A stretch of DNA of 64,000 nt, taken from the sequence record CP104424.1; one strand, written 5' to 3'. The notes below the pieces were generated by a model that worked only from the letters and a program-made list of their open reading frames with translations, was not told where the DNA came from and ran no database searches. Below are positions 1 through 10,488 of this stretch, one piece after another (the stretch's first letter is position 1; the number at the start of each line of letters is the position of its first letter). The DNA is from a plasmid. The position numbers were made by a program, and so were the translations under genes.

Positions 1-426
1 ATGCAGTATGCGAAACCTGTCACTCTGAATGTTGAAGAGTGCGACCGTCTGTTTTTTCTGCCTTACCTGTTTGGCCAGGATTTTCTGTATGCCGAAGCGT
101 CTGTGTACGCGCTGGCGAAAAAAATGATGCCGGAATATGAAGGCGGATTCTGGCACTTCATCCGCCTGCCGGACGGTGGCGGTTACATGATGCCTGATGG
201 CGACCGTTTTCATCTGGTTAACGGTGAAAACTGGTTTGACCGCACGGTCAGTGCCGATGCCGCAGGCATCATTTTGACTTCCCTTGTGATTAACCGCCAG
301 TTGTGGCTGTACCACGACAGCGGGGATGCAGGGCTGACACACCTGTACAGGATGCGTGATGCGCAGTTGTGGAGCCACATCGAATTTCACCCTGAATGCA
401 ACGCGATTTACGCGGCGCTGGACTGA
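1..426 (+). CDS. KlcA/ArdB-family antirestriction-like protein (141 aa)
   Basis: ORF starts at window base 1 with ATG; size and N-terminus (MQYAKPVTLNVEE...) recall KlcA/ArdB/YfjX antirestriction family found at start of plasmid leading regions; followed by hairpin ggggcggcaatgccgcccc. Confidence 0.55.
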   Translation: MQYAKPVTLNVEECDRLFFLPYLFGQDFLYAEASVYALAKKMMPEYEGGFWHFIRLPDGGGYMMPDGDRFHLVNGENWFDRTVSADAAGIILTSLVINRQLWLYHDSGDAGLTHLYRMRDAQLWSHIEFHPECNAIYAALD

Positions 427-472
427 TTAACGGACGGGGCGGCAATGCCGCCCCTGTAAAGGAGACGAGAAC

Positions 473-895
473 ATGTACTGTACTGTTAAAGAAATTATCC
501 GCGATGTACTGGATACAGACGTGCCGGACAGTGAATGCGTTTTTGCCGTAGTGCTGACCCGTGGGGATGTGCGTCACATAGCCCAGGACTGGAGCCTGTC
601 AGACGATGAGCTGGAAACCGTCATGCAGCGGCTGGACGATGCTTTTGAGCATGGTGCGGATGTCAGCGTTGTTCACGACGTTGTTCGTGAACTGATGGAG
701 GAAAAGCACGCCAGCCGTCAGGTGACAGTCCCGGCGGTGATGCTGGAAAAAGTGATGGCGCTGGCAGGCAGTGAAATGAAGCGCCTGTATGCCGTCGGGA
801 GTGAGAACGGGGGCGACGGTGATGCGTTCGTCAGGGAAGAACGCGAAGCAATGGACGTTGTGTTACAGGCGCTGGACGGGGAGAACATGTCATGA
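473..895 (+). CDS. acidic hypothetical protein (140 aa), leading region
   Basis: RBS aaggag 8 nt upstream of ATG 473; protein is strongly acidic (many D/E); co-directional with the leading operon. Confidence 0.55.
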   Translation: MYCTVKEIIRDVLDTDVPDSECVFAVVLTRGDVRHIAQDWSLSDDELETVMQRLDDAFEHGADVSVVHDVVRELMEEKHASRQVTVPAVMLEKVMALAGSEMKRLYAVGSENGGDGDAFVREEREAMDVVLQALDGENMS

Positions 896-1083
896 ATATC
901 AACACGGAAACCCGCGAAATTCTGCGTAATTACAAAGCCGTGATTAATGCGCGGCGTCGTGAAATGGGGCAGAAACCGCTCACCACCGCGCAGATTGTTG
1001 ATGAAATCTGCGATTTTGTGGCGAATCAGCAGGCGGTTTTCCTTGGCGGTCAGTACATCCTGCAGGGCAGCAGAAACAGGTGA
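892..1083 (+). CDS. small hypothetical protein (63 aa)
   Basis: ATGA start/stop overlap with the preceding ORF (translational coupling). Confidence 0.35.
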   Translation: MNINTETREILRNYKAVINARRREMGQKPLTTAQIVDEICDFVANQQAVFLGGQYILQGSRNR

Positions 1084-1269
1084 TACAGGGCAGGCGGTGG
1101 AGGCCGCCTGTCAGTCCGCGCGAAACCCCCTGGCAGGCTGGCGCCTGCCGGAAACGCGGGGTGCAGCGCCTGCGGCGCTGCCGGCCCGGCTTTCCGGTCA
1201 GAAGGTAGTGTATGGCTGTATGCCAGGGACAGGTGTGATGTTCCGTGACACTGTCACCGTTTCTGGCTG

Positions 1270-1850
1270 TTTTTTGTTGCGCCCGCTTCGGCTCCCGGCT
1301 GCCTGACGGCATCCGGTCGTCAGGCCCGACTCCGACAGGCAGCTGCTGGCGCACCCGCCAGTCTCCGCCGAACCCGCTGGCGCGGTTTCGGGCTGTCGCT
1401 ACGGTCCGATGCGTGAAAACCCGGGCTTGCAGCGACCGTTCCGGTCGCGCCGCCCCTGTCGCGCCGTGACCTGCGCTCCCTGCACACCTGACGGTGTGTG
1501 AGGAAACTGCGCCTGATGGCGCAGCAGTCTTCCCTCCTGCCGCCACCTCTGCGGCCTGTTTCCCGCTGTGGACTTTCCGGGGGGCAGACGTGACCCCCTC
1601 CCGTTCCATCTGTCCAGGGTGAGATGCACCGGCCACAAAATTTTTAGCCATGAACCCGGCTAAAAATTTTGCGTCCGCCCCCGGACAGCTGTCCCGTGAG
1701 GCGGTAAACGGGCCCCCATCGGAAAGGTCCACTGCGGGGAGAAACCCCTGTGAAGTGGACGGCAGGAGGAGCTTTCGCTCCTCTGAAGGGGCACATGAAC
1801 GTCCCGTCGCCGGTATCCGGTTTATCTCACATCTTTCAGTCAGGAGGTTC
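1270..1850 (+). promoter_or_regulatory. Frpo/ssi-type single-strand promoter repeat, copy 1 (upstream of ssb)
   Basis: GC-rich non-coding block; nearly identical copy at 7625-8180 and partial copy at 11160-11525; contains long hairpin-forming segments (e.g. aaaatttttagccatgaacccggctaaaaatttt); sits directly upstream of ssb as Frpo/ssi elements do in F and ColIb-P9 leading regions. Confidence 0.6.
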
Positions 1851-1852
1851 TT

Positions 1853-2380
1853 ATGAGTGCACGTGGTATCAACAAGGTCATCCTCGTCGGGCGTCTGGGC
1901 AATGATCCGGAAGTCCGTTACATCCCCAACGGGGGCGCAGTGGCAAACCTGCAGGTGGCCACATCAGAAAGCTGGCGTGACAAACAGACGGGGGAGATGC
2001 GGGAGCAGACGGAATGGCACCGCGTGGTGCTGTTCGGCAAGCTCGCGGAAGTGGCAGGTGAATATCTGCGCAAGGGTGCGCAGGTCTACATCGAAGGTCA
2101 GCTTCGCACCCGTAGCTGGGAAGATAACGGTATCACCCGTTACGTCACTGAAATTCTTGTTAAGACCACGGGCACCGTGCAGATGCTGGGACGTGCACCA
2201 CAGCAGAACGCTCAGGCGCAACCGAAGCCTCAGCAGAATGGGCAGCCACAGAGTGCTGACGCGACGAAAAAAGGTGGCGCGAAAACGAAAGGCCGTGGAC
2301 GTAAGGCCGCGCAGCCAGAGTCTCAGCCGCAACCGCCGGAGGGGGAGGATTACGGGTTTTCAGACGACATCCCGTTCTGA
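1853..2380 (+). CDS. ssb: plasmid single-stranded DNA-binding protein
   Basis: OB-fold N-terminus [23 protein letters not shown]; Q/P-rich linker; C-terminal acidic tail DDIPF; RBS aggagg upstream. Confidence 0.95.
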   Translation: MSARGINKVILVGRLGNDPEVRYIPNGGAVANLQVATSESWRDKQTGEMREQTEWHRVVLFGKLAEVAGEYLRKGAQVYIEGQLRTRSWEDNGITRYVTEILVKTTGTVQMLGRAPQQNAQAQPKPQQNGQPQSADATKKGGAKTKGRGRKAAQPESQPQPPEGEDYGFSDDIPF

Positions 2381-2437
2381 TCGGGCTGACTGTGACAACC
2401 GCCCCGCCCTGTGCGGGGCATCACCGGAGATATGAGG

Positions 2438-2671
2438 ATGAGCGAATATTTCAGAATACTTCAGGGACTGCCGGACGGCTCCTTTACCCGCGAACAGGCG
2501 GAAGCCGTTGCCGCACAGTACCGGAACGTCTTTATCGAGGATGATCAGGGAACGCATTTTCGCCTGGTTGTCCGTCAGGATGGCACGTTGATCTGGCGCT
2601 CCTGGAATTTTGAGGACTGTGCCGGGTACTGGATGAAACATGTCATCCGGAATTTCGGCATTCTTAAGTAA
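2438..2671 (+). CDS. hypothetical protein (77 aa)
   Basis: ATG at 2438 preceded by GGAG; ORF track shows a longer GTG-started form from 2411; conserved position between ssb and the ParB-like gene. Confidence 0.45.
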   Translation: MSEYFRILQGLPDGSFTREQAEAVAAQYRNVFIEDDQGTHFRLVVRQDGTLIWRSWNFEDCAGYWMKHVIRNFGILK

Positions 2672-2729
2672 GAGAGGTGCCGGACGCGCGAACGTCCGGC
2701 AGGACATAAGCAATTATAAGGGGATGATT

Positions 2730-4688
2730 ATGCCTGTAACGAAGTGTGAACCAGAAACCACCCGCAAAGCAAGCCGTAAATCTGTAAAAACGCAGGAAAC
2801 TGCACTGTCTGCCCTGCTGGCGCAGACGGAGGAAGTGAGTGTGCCGCTGGCTTCACTGATTAAATCACCGCTGAATGTGCGCACGGTGCCGTATTCCGCA
2901 GAGTCCGTCAGCGAACTGGCGGAGTCCATTAAGGGCGTTGGCCTGTTGCAGAATCTGGTCGTGCATACCCTGCCTGGTGACCGTTACGGTGTCGCCGCAG
3001 GTGGTCGCCGACTGGCTGCACTCAACATGCTGGCAGAGCGTGGCATCCTTCCGGCTGACTGGCCTGTACGCGTGAAGGTTATTCCGCAGGAACTGGCGAC
3101 TGCCGCATCAATGACTGAAAACGGTCATCGTCGGGATATGCACCCTGCCGAACAGATTGCCGGATTCCGCGCAATGGCGCAGGAAGGCAAAACGCCTGCA
3201 CAAATCGGTGACTTGCTGGGCTATTCGCCCCGCCACGTTCAGCGAATGCTGAAACTGGCAGACCTTGCACCAGTCATACTGGATGCGCTGGCAGAAGACC
3301 GCATCACCACCGAACACTGTCAGGCGCTGGCACTGGAGAACGACACCGCGCGTCAGGTGCAGGTGTTTGAAGCCGCCTGTCAGTCGGGATGGGGCGGTAA
3401 ACCGGAAGTACAGACCATTCGTCGTCTGGTGACCGAAAGTGAAGTGGCGGTGGCGGGGAACAGTAAATTCCGCTTCGTGGGGGCTGATGCCTTCTCGCCA
3501 GACGAACTGCGCACCGATTTGTTCAGCGACGACGAGGGTGGCTATGTGGACTGCGTGGCGCTCGATGCCGCCCTGCTGGAAAAACTCCAGGCTGTCGCAG
3601 AGTTCCTTCGGGAAGCCGAAGGCTGGGAATGGTGCGCCGGACGCATGGAGCCTGTCGGTGAGTGCCGTGAGGATGCCGGAACATACCGCTGTCTGCCGGA
3701 GCCGGAAGCGGTGCTGACGGAGGCAGAAGAAGAACACCTGAACGAACTGATGACGCGTTACGACGCGCTGGAAAACCAGTGTGAGGAATCCGACCTGCTG
3801 GAAGCAGAAATGAAGCTGATTGACTGCATGGCGAAGGTCAGGGCGTGGACGCCGGAGATGCGTGCCGGAAGTGGCGTGGTGGTGTCCTGGCGTTATGGCA
3901 ACGTATGTGTCCAGCGTGGTGTGCAGTTGCGCAGTGAAGATGACGCGACTGACGACGCTGACCGCACGGAACAGGTGCAGGAGAAAGCGTCAGTGGAGGA
4001 AATCAGCCTGCCGTTGCTGACGAAAATGTCCTCAGAGCGCACGCTGGCAGTCCAGGCGGCACTCATGCAGCAGCCGGACAAATCTCTGGCACTGCTGGCA
4101 TGGACGCTCTGCCTGAATGTGTTTGGCAGCGGGGCGTACAGTAAACCAGCACAAATCAGCCTGGAATGTGAACATTACTCGCTGACCAGCGATGCGCCAT
4201 CGGGGAAGGAAGGTGCCGCATTCATGGCGCTGATGGCAGAAAAAGCCCGTCTTGCTGCCCTGTTACCGGAGGGATGGTCACGGGACATGACGACATTCCT
4301 GTCACTCAGTCAGGAGGTGCTGTTATCCCTGCTCAGCTTCTGCACTGCGTGCAGCATCCACGGTGTTCAGACCCGTGAGTATGGTCACACGTCACGCAGT
4401 CCGCTGGACTCGCTGGAAACCGCTATCGGCTTTCACATGCGCGACTGGTGGCAGCCGACAAAAGCAAACTTCTTCGGACACCTGAAAAAGCCGCAGATTA
4501 TCGCAGCCCTGAATGAGGCAGGACTGTCCGGTGCCGCACGGGACGCGGAGAAGATGAAGAAAGGCGATGCCGCTGAACATGCAGAGTTCCATATGAAAGA
4601 CAACCGCTGGGTGCCTGGCTGGATGTGTTCACCACGTCCACAGACGGATGCCACTGAACGCGCCGATAACCTGGCTGATGCCGCCTGA
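2730..4688 (+). CDS. ParB-like nuclease domain protein (652 aa), leading region
   Basis: ParB/Srx-like N-terminal motif (LIKSPLNVRTVPYS...LQNLVVH...GGRRLAA); RBS aagggg 6 nt before ATG 2730 (track ORF starts at 2640 without RBS). Confidence 0.85.
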   Translation: MPVTKCEPETTRKASRKSVKTQETALSALLAQTEEVSVPLASLIKSPLNVRTVPYSAESVSELAESIKGVGLLQNLVVHTLPGDRYGVAAGGRRLAALNMLAERGILPADWPVRVKVIPQELATAASMTENGHRRDMHPAEQIAGFRAMAQEGKTPAQIGDLLGYSPRHVQRMLKLADLAPVILDALAEDRITTEHCQALALENDTARQVQVFEAACQSGWGGKPEVQTIRRLVTESEVAVAGNSKFRFVGADAFSPDELRTDLFSDDEGGYVDCVALDAALLEKLQAVAEFLREAEGWEWCAGRMEPVGECREDAGTYRCLPEPEAVLTEAEEEHLNELMTRYDALENQCEESDLLEAEMKLIDCMAKVRAWTPEMRAGSGVVVSWRYGNVCVQRGVQLRSEDDATDDADRTEQVQEKASVEEISLPLLTKMSSERTLAVQAALMQQPDKSLALLAWTLCLNVFGSGAYSKPAQISLECEHYSLTSDAPSGKEGAAFMALMAEKARLAALLPEGWSRDMTTFLSLSQEVLLSLLSFCTACSIHGVQTREYGHTSRSPLDSLETAIGFHMRDWWQPTKANFFGHLKKPQIIAALNEAGLSGAARDAEKMKKGDAAEHAEFHMKDNRWVPGWMCSPRPQTDATERADNLADAA

Positions 4689-4739
4689 TGAACAACCACA
4701 CCGCCCCGCCGGAGACGGGGCGGCAGAGGGAGAAATACG

Positions 4740-5177
4740 ATGATGAATACCGAACTGACACTGAATGCCCTGCAGTCCATGAATGCCCAGGAATATGAAG
4801 AAATCCGTGCTGCGGGAAGCGATATGCGCCGTAATCTCACTCACGAGGTGATGCGTGAAGTGGACGCACCAGCTAACTGGATGATGAACGGAGAGTATGG
4901 CAGCGAGTTCGGGGGCTTTTTCCCCGTCCAGGTTCGTTTCACGCCAGCCCACGAACGTTTCCACCTGGCATTATGTTCGCCGGGCGATGTCTCTCAGGTC
5001 TGGATGCTGGTTCTGGTGAATGGTGGTGGACAGCCTTTCGCCGTCGTTCAGGTGCAACATATCTTCACGCCTGTCGCGATCAGTCACACGCTGGCGCTTG
5101 CCGCGACACTGGATGCGCAGGGATACAGTGTTAACGACATCATCCATATCCTGATGGCAGAAGGAGGTCAGGCATGA
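4740..5177 (+). CDS. psiB: plasmid SOS inhibition protein B
   Basis: Near-identity to F PsiB (MxTELTLNxLQxMNAQEYEDIRAAGSD...HILMAEGGQ). Confidence 0.95.
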   Translation: MMNTELTLNALQSMNAQEYEEIRAAGSDMRRNLTHEVMREVDAPANWMMNGEYGSEFGGFFPVQVRFTPAHERFHLALCSPGDVSQVWMLVLVNGGGQPFAVVQVQHIFTPVAISHTLALAATLDAQGYSVNDIIHILMAEGGQA

Positions 5178-5893
5178 GCGCACGTTCACGGGCACTGATC
5201 CCCCTCAGCGCAGAACAACAGGCCGCCATGCAGGCGGTGGCTGTCACAGAACAACGTCGTCGTCAGGGACGCACACTTTCAGCATGGCCTTATGCCACCG
5301 CTTTCTTTCGCTGCCTGAATGGCAGTCGCCGGATTTCGCTGACCGATCTCCGCTTTTTTGCCCCTGCGCTGACGAAGGAGGAATTTCATGGCAACCGTCT
5401 CCTGTGGCTGGCTGCCGTGGATAAACTGATTGAAAGTTTTGGGGAAGTCTGTGTTCTTCCCCTGCCATCCGATGCGGGGCACCGTCTGTTCCCGTCCGTG
5501 CCTTTTCGTGAAGGTGAGCGTCGTCGTCAGAAAACCACGCTGACAGAGCAGAAATACAGCCGCCAGCGGGAACGTGAGGCAGAACGACGGGAACTGGAAT
5601 ACCAGACATGTTTTGCTCAGGCGCAGATTGACCTTGCGTTTCATACTCCCGCCACGGTCGGAAGCTGGTTGTCCCGCTGGTCTGGTGTTGTTGAGGAGCA
5701 TGATCTGGAAACGATTTTCTGGGGGTGGTGCGGGCGTTTTCCGTCACTGTCATCATTTGACCGGTTTTTCTGGCAGGAGGAACCACTCTGGCGGCTGATT
5801 TTTGAAGCCGGTGAGGCCGGTCGTGGTGCACCGATACAGGTACGTGCACTTGAGCAGTGGATGATCCCGAACAAGCTGGAGAACGTAATATGA
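5174..5893 (+). CDS. psiA: plasmid SOS inhibition protein A
   Basis: Overlaps the psiB stop; 239 aa; PsiA-like sequence; classic psiB-psiA operon. Confidence 0.9.
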   Translation: MSARSRALIPLSAEQQAAMQAVAVTEQRRRQGRTLSAWPYATAFFRCLNGSRRISLTDLRFFAPALTKEEFHGNRLLWLAAVDKLIESFGEVCVLPLPSDAGHRLFPSVPFREGERRRQKTTLTEQKYSRQREREAERRELEYQTCFAQAQIDLAFHTPATVGSWLSRWSGVVEEHDLETIFWGWCGRFPSLSSFDRFFWQEEPLWRLIFEAGEAGRGAPIQVRALEQWMIPNKLENVI

Positions 5894-6486
5894 TGAAATC
5901 AGACGAAAAATATCAGGTTCCCGTGTGGATGCGACCTCTGTTGCCGTTGCTCTGCAACACCGGAGGGAACGATCCGGAAGAACTGCTGAATGATACAGAA
6001 ACCACTGCCAGTGCGAATGTTGTCCGTTATGTACTGATAGTTGCTGTGCGGTCGCAGGTTGATCTGCTGCAGCTTCTGTACAGGAAAGGGCTGTTGCGCA
6101 CAGAGATACCAGGTGGCTTTTCACCGGAAGAAGCGCAGGCACTCCTGGATAATCTGGAGCGCAGCCATATCAGCAAGGCGCTGTCGGGCGAGCGAATGGC
6201 AGCCCGTGACAGAAATGCCGATCTGGCCTGGATTCGACAGCAACTGGTCGATGCCGCCTGGTTTGTCCGTGCCACACTGGAAGCGCATGGGATGAGCGTC
6301 GGAAATGAGAGTCCCCCTGCTCAGCCGGAGACAATGCCGGACATACAGACACGGGAACTGGTGATGTTGATCAAGCGACTGGCATCATCGCTGAAAGCGG
6401 TGAAACCGGACAGTTGTGTGGTGCGTGAAGCGCAGGACTGGCTGCGCGACAGAAAACTTGTGGATATCACAGATATTCTCCGGTGA
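5890..6486 (+). CDS. hypothetical protein (198 aa) downstream of psiA
   Basis: ATGA overlap with the psiA stop; conserved leading-region position. Confidence 0.55.
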   Translation: MMKSDEKYQVPVWMRPLLPLLCNTGGNDPEELLNDTETTASANVVRYVLIVAVRSQVDLLQLLYRKGLLRTEIPGGFSPEEAQALLDNLERSHISKALSGERMAARDRNADLAWIRQQLVDAAWFVRATLEAHGMSVGNESPPAQPETMPDIQTRELVMLIKRLASSLKAVKPDSCVVREAQDWLRDRKLVDITDILR

Positions 6487-6599
6487 ACCAGGCATGTATA
6501 TTTTACGCAGGGACATGCCGGTCATGATCGTTTCGTTCCAGGGGTGGTCTGGAGATCATGCGGTGTGCTCCCTGCTCTCGCCGGAATAAGGACGTCGCC

Positions 6600-6900
6600 G
6601 CCGGCTCCGCTTTTACCCGGCCATGCGGGGCATGGCCTTGTGGGTTTTCAGTTATGTGGCCTCAGCGTCGTGTGCGGGCTGTGCCGTGCCTCCATCGTAG
6701 CCGGGCTTCTGCGGGCGGGTTGCAAGGTAAGGTGAACCGCTGCGGTCACCCGGTCCCTCCTTCCCGTCTGCCGTGATTTTCCGGTCGTTCACCCGCTCAG
6801 ATTTCGCGGTCTCACCCTCCAACTCCCGCCAGCCGTGTGCGTCAGGCTGCGGCTTCCCTTGCGCCCTTGCAACCCTGCAGGCCCGGCAAAGATGGAGGCA
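6600..6900 (+). promoter_or_regulatory. putative structured ssDNA promoter-like element upstream of ardA
   Basis: GC-rich ORF-free 450-bp spacer; perfect IR ggccatgc-ggg-gcatggcc (6619-6639); long-range complementary arms gggttgcaagg (6718) / ccttgcaaccc (6868) could form a ~170-nt stem-loop like Frpo; sequence unrelated to the three ssi copies. Confidence 0.3.
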
Positions 6901-6946
6901 CGGCACCGCCCGGTGTCGCAGAACATGTGACTATGGAGGATTCGGG

Positions 6947-7448
6947 AATGTCTGTTGTTGCACCTGCTGTATACGTTGGAACCTGGCACAAATACAACTG
7001 TGGAAGCATCGCCGGACGCTGGTTTGACCTGACCACGTTTGATGATGAGCGCGACTTTTTCGCCGCCTGCCGTGCTCTTCACCAGGATGAAGCCGATCCT
7101 GAACTGATGTTTCAGGATTATGAGGGATTCCCGGGGAATATGGCCTCTGAATGCCATATCAACTGGGCCTGGGTTGAAGGCTTCCGCCAGGCACGGGATG
7201 AAGGCTGCGAAGAGGCTTATCGTCTCTGGGTGGAGGATACCGGTGAGACGGATTTTGACACCTTCCGCGATGCCTGGTGGGGCGAGGCTGACAGTGAGGA
7301 GGCTTTTGCGGTTGAGTTCGCCAGTGATACCGGCCTGCTGGCTGACGTGCCGGAGACGGTGGCGCTCTATTTTGACTATGAGGCGTATGCGCGGGATTTA
7401 TTCCTGGACTCCTTCACCTTTATTGACGGTCATGTGTTCCGTCGGTGA
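6947..7448 (+). CDS. ardA: antirestriction protein ArdA (166 aa)
   Basis: MSVVAPAVYVGTWHKYNCGSIAGRWFDL... matches ColIb-P9 ArdA; acidic DNA-mimic composition. Confidence 0.9.
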
Positions 7449-7624
7449 TTTACTCCCCCGCTCCGGCGGGGGTATGGCCTGCCAGGCCGCCGGAAAACCC
7501 TGGCAGGCTTACGCCTGCCTGAAATGCAGGAGGGCCGCGCCTGCGGCGCTGCCCTTCCTGCCCGTCATGGTGTGAGGCATTTTTCTGTTATGTCGTTTCT
7601 GTTGTTCTGATTTCCGGAGGCGGG

Positions 7625-8180
7625 GACACCTTCGGCTCCCGGCTGCCTGGCGGCATCCGGTCGTCAGGCCCGACTCCGACAGGCAGCTGCTGGCGCACCC
7701 GCCAGTCTCCGCCGAACCCGCTGGCGCGGTTTCGGGCTGCCGCTACGGTCCGATGTCTGAAAAACCAGGCTTGCAGCGACCGTTCCGGTCGCGCCGCCTC
7801 TGTCGCGCCGTGACCTGCGCTCCCTGCACACCTGACGGTGTGTAAGGAAACTGCGCCTGATGGCGCAGTTGTCTGCCCTTCCGCCGCCCCCCCTGCGGCC
7901 TGTTTCCCCGCTGTGGACTTTCCGGGGGCTGAAGCGGCCACAACACGTTTCAGCCGTCCAGGGGAGAGATGTACCAGCCACAAAACTTTTTGCCGCAAGC
8001 GTCAAAAACTTTTGCGTCTGCCCCCGGACAACTGCCCCGTGCCGTGGCTGTCGCTGCCCCATCGGAAAGGTCCACTGCGGGGAGAAACCCCGAAGAAGTG
8101 GACGGCAGAAGGGGCTTTCGCCCCTCCGGGGGAGCAACCGGTCGGCCCGGCGACCTGATTCAGCAGAAGGAGACGTTTTC
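7625..8180 (+). promoter_or_regulatory. Frpo/ssi-type repeat, copy 2 (upstream of orf144)
   Basis: About 90% identical over >240 nt to 1280-1530 (ggctcccggctgcct...gcgcctgatggcgcag); ends at the RBS of the 8181 ORF. Confidence 0.6.
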
Positions 8181-8615
8181 ATGACAGTCAGCAGCACGAT
8201 TTCCGTTTTTTGCCGCGACGGGGTGTTCCGTACCGTTTACTGCCACCTGCACGGTGAGCCGACCTGGAACGGTCGCATCCTGCATACCCACTATGCCACC
8301 GGTCAGCAGGCCGAAGCCCTGGTTGAACACGGTGATATCCGTTGCCTTGGTCCCCGTTGCGACAAACCCGCCGGGCATACGCTTCAGAACCCGGTGGACG
8401 GTGTGACGGCTTATTACGGACGTGACAGTGGTTTCCGGATGGACAGTGAGGCGCGTGAGTACCGTTCTTTCAGGGAGGCTATTGCCACTGAAAGCACTGA
8501 AGAGGTGCGCTTCCATTATGTGTTCATCGACGGCTACTGGAAGGTGATGTACCGCACGCCGGAAGGCTGGAAGATGAAAGCGCTCGCGCTGGCACTGCGT
8601 CGCTGTCCGGAATGA
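8181..8615 (+). CDS. hypothetical protein (144 aa)
   Basis: RBS aaggag then ATG 8181 directly after ssi copy 2; the longer track ORF from 7860 begins inside the repeat and is rejected. Confidence 0.55.
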   Translation: MTVSSTISVFCRDGVFRTVYCHLHGEPTWNGRILHTHYATGQQAEALVEHGDIRCLGPRCDKPAGHTLQNPVDGVTAYYGRDSGFRMDSEAREYRSFREAIATESTEEVRFHYVFIDGYWKVMYRTPEGWKMKALALALRRCPE

Positions 8616-8707
8616 AAAAAAGCAGGGCGATAAACCCTGCCTTTCTCCGCTGGCGCTTCCCCGTACGGAAGTCCGGCATCTCATTCACTAACTATGGAGA
8701 TTATGCC

Positions 8708-8974
8708 ATGAGACCATCAATTATCTTCGCAACCGCCGAGTATGTAAAGCGTCTGCGTGAAGAGTGCCTGCGGGAGAACAAACCCCTGCACCGCCATACC
8801 CGCTTCAGACGCCAGGAACTGGCACCGGATGAGATTAACCCGGACGTCCTGGCGATGGGCGGTCATATCGCCAGACGCTGCAGTGAGCAGAAGCGGGTAC
8901 GTATCCCCGCTATGAAAGTCAGCGAATGGGGCCACCTGCTCCGCGCGCTTGAAATTGAACGGGTCTGTCACTGA
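8708..8974 (+). CDS. hypothetical protein (88 aa)
   Basis: GGAG 8 nt upstream of ATG 8708; same operon. Confidence 0.45.
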   Translation: MRPSIIFATAEYVKRLREECLRENKPLHRHTRFRRQELAPDEINPDVLAMGGHIARRCSEQKRVRIPAMKVSEWGHLLRALEIERVCH

Positions 8975-9026
8975 TTAACCCCTGCCGTCTGCCTGTGCAG
9001 GTGGCAGGATGTGTTCAGGTACTTTA

Positions 9027-9066
9027 CCAGGAGGAACCGTGAGCAAGATGAAAAACATCACGACGT
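9027..9066 (+). repeat. duplicated Rpn RBS/start remnant (direct repeat of 9523-9561)
   Basis: caggaggaaccgtgagcaagatgaaaaacatcacgacg versus ggaggaaccgtgagtaagaagaaaaacaccacaacg at the true rpn start. Confidence 0.45.
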
Positions 9067-9150
9067 CTGTGTTGCATGGTGTCTCCACAAAAAACAGAAA
9101 AGGGAAACAGATTCTCTTTCATTCAGGGCCCGGGAGGGCTGGAGATAACA

Positions 9151-9540
9151 ATGAAGTCTTGTTTTGATACTGACAAAGCTTTTCATATGTCTTTTGATGA
9201 AGTCACTTTCAACGCTGACAGAATTCGCTCAAAACTGGAACTATTATCCGAAGAACTAATGCCCCGTTGTGGTCTTGTTTATGAGCTATATCAGCGACGT
9301 TTGAGTGCTGCTATTGATAATTTTGTGGCCACATTGCCGACAGAACAACATCTACTGGTCCTGGAACTGGCCCGTGAGGAGTTTGATTACCTTTCCGCAG
9401 AAGAGATTGCTGAAGAAATACGCCGTGACTCAGAACGCGGCTATTGTTGTCATGGCTTTGAACGCAATTGCTGTCCTCTCGGTTGTGGGGATTTGGGCGA
9501 TGATTGCTGCGATGCTGCTGATTTGATGGAGGAACCGTGA
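9151..9540 (+). CDS. acidic Cys-rich hypothetical protein (129 aa)
   Basis: GGAG 6 nt before ATG 9151; C-terminus GYCCHGFERNCCPLGCGDLGDDCCDAADLMEEP (8 Cys); stop overlaps the rpn GTG start (GTGA). Confidence 0.55.
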   Translation: MKSCFDTDKAFHMSFDEVTFNADRIRSKLELLSEELMPRCGLVYELYQRRLSAAIDNFVATLPTEQHLLVLELAREEFDYLSAEEIAEEIRRDSERGYCCHGFERNCCPLGCGDLGDDCCDAADLMEEP

Positions 9541-10427
9541 GTAAGAAGAAAAACACCACAACGCCCACGCCGCATGATGCCGCTTTCCGGTCGTTCCTGG
9601 CGAATCCCGACGTCGCCAGAGATTTTCTGGAACTGCATCTTCCTGCGGAGTACCGGCAGTTGTGCGACCTGTCCACGCTGAAGCTGGAACCCGCCACCTT
9701 TGTAGAGCCGGACCTGCATCAGTACGCCAGCGATATCCTCTGGAGCGTGAAAACCACCGGGGGTGAAGATGGCTATGTTTATACGCTCATCGAGCACCAG
9801 AGCACCGAAAATCTGTACATGCCTTTCCGCATGTTACGTTACAGTGTGGCGGCGATGCAGAGACATCTGGAGCAGCACAAAACGTTGCCACTGGTCATTC
9901 CGGTGCTGTTCTATCACGGTGAGCGCAGCCCGTACCCGTACAGCATGAACTGGCTGGACTGTTTTGAGAATCCGGCGCTTGCGGCTAAAATATACACAAA
10001 GCCGTTTCCGCTGGTTGATATCACTGTCGTTGATGACAATGAAATCATGAACCATCGCCGGATGGCCGCACTGACGCTGCTGATGAAGCATATCCGCCAT
10101 CGTGACATGATGGAGCTGCTGGACAAACTCCCGCAGGTCATGGTGGAAATTTCAGACGAGCAGGTGCGTGTTCTGATTCATTACATCGTTAACGCAGGGG
10201 ACTCTGTATCACCGGAATTTATGCGGGCGCTGGCTGAGCGTCTGCCGCAGCATGAGGATAAACTGATGACTATCGCAGAACGTCTTGAGCAAAAAGGTCG
10301 CCAGGAAGGAGCGCTTGAAAAAGCCCTGGCTATTGCGTGCCAGCTTCAGAAAATGGGGATGACGCCGGAGCAGATTAAGCAGGCTACCGGACTTTCCGAT
10401 GACGAACTGAAGAAAATCACTCACTGA
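9537..10427 (+). CDS. rpn: Rpn family recombination-promoting nuclease / YhgA-like (296 aa, GTG start)
   Basis: N-terminus ...HDAAFRSFLANPDVARDFLELHLP...; PD-(D/E)xK-like core; C-terminal repeat domain ...MTIAERLEQKGRQEG...; typical Rpn (Transposase_31) architecture. Confidence 0.85.
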   Translation: MSKKKNTTTPTPHDAAFRSFLANPDVARDFLELHLPAEYRQLCDLSTLKLEPATFVEPDLHQYASDILWSVKTTGGEDGYVYTLIEHQSTENLYMPFRMLRYSVAAMQRHLEQHKTLPLVIPVLFYHGERSPYPYSMNWLDCFENPALAAKIYTKPFPLVDITVVDDNEIMNHRRMAALTLLMKHIRHRDMMELLDKLPQVMVEISDEQVRVLIHYIVNAGDSVSPEFMRALAERLPQHEDKLMTIAERLEQKGRQEGALEKALAIACQLQKMGMTPEQIKQATGLSDDELKKITH

Positions 10428-10437
10428 TGAGAACCAC

Positions 10438-10466
10438 AAAGCCCGGCAAAATGCCGGGCTTTTTTG
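10438..10466 (+). terminator. rho-independent terminator after rpn
   Basis: agcccggcaaaatgccgggcttttttg hairpin plus T-run. Confidence 0.6.
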
Positions 10467-10488
10467 TCAGCAGGAGCAGAGCAAACAT

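Noticed and set aside
980-1732. 250-aa minus-strand ORF and several 60-120-aa ORFs (947-1306, 1245-1469, 1399-1638, 1650-1856) in the first ssi repeat
   Set aside because: They lie entirely in the GC-rich non-coding Frpo/ssi repeat. Equivalent spurious frames recur in copies 2 and 3 (7588-8197, 11013-11529). They have no RBS and arise from high-GC open frames.
2640-2729. Longer N-terminus (track start 2640) for the ParB-like gene
   Set aside because: It has no RBS and overlaps the preceding ORF; an AAGGGG RBS precedes ATG 2730.
5894-6946. Search for a hok/sok (flm) module next to psiA as in the F leading region
   Set aside because: No Hok-like peptide is encoded there. The only hok-family gene in the window is pndA at 25244-25396.
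7860-8615. 251-aa extended form of the orf144 reading frame
   Set aside because: The extension starts inside ssi copy 2. A good RBS (aaggag) plus ATG at 8181 defines the real start.
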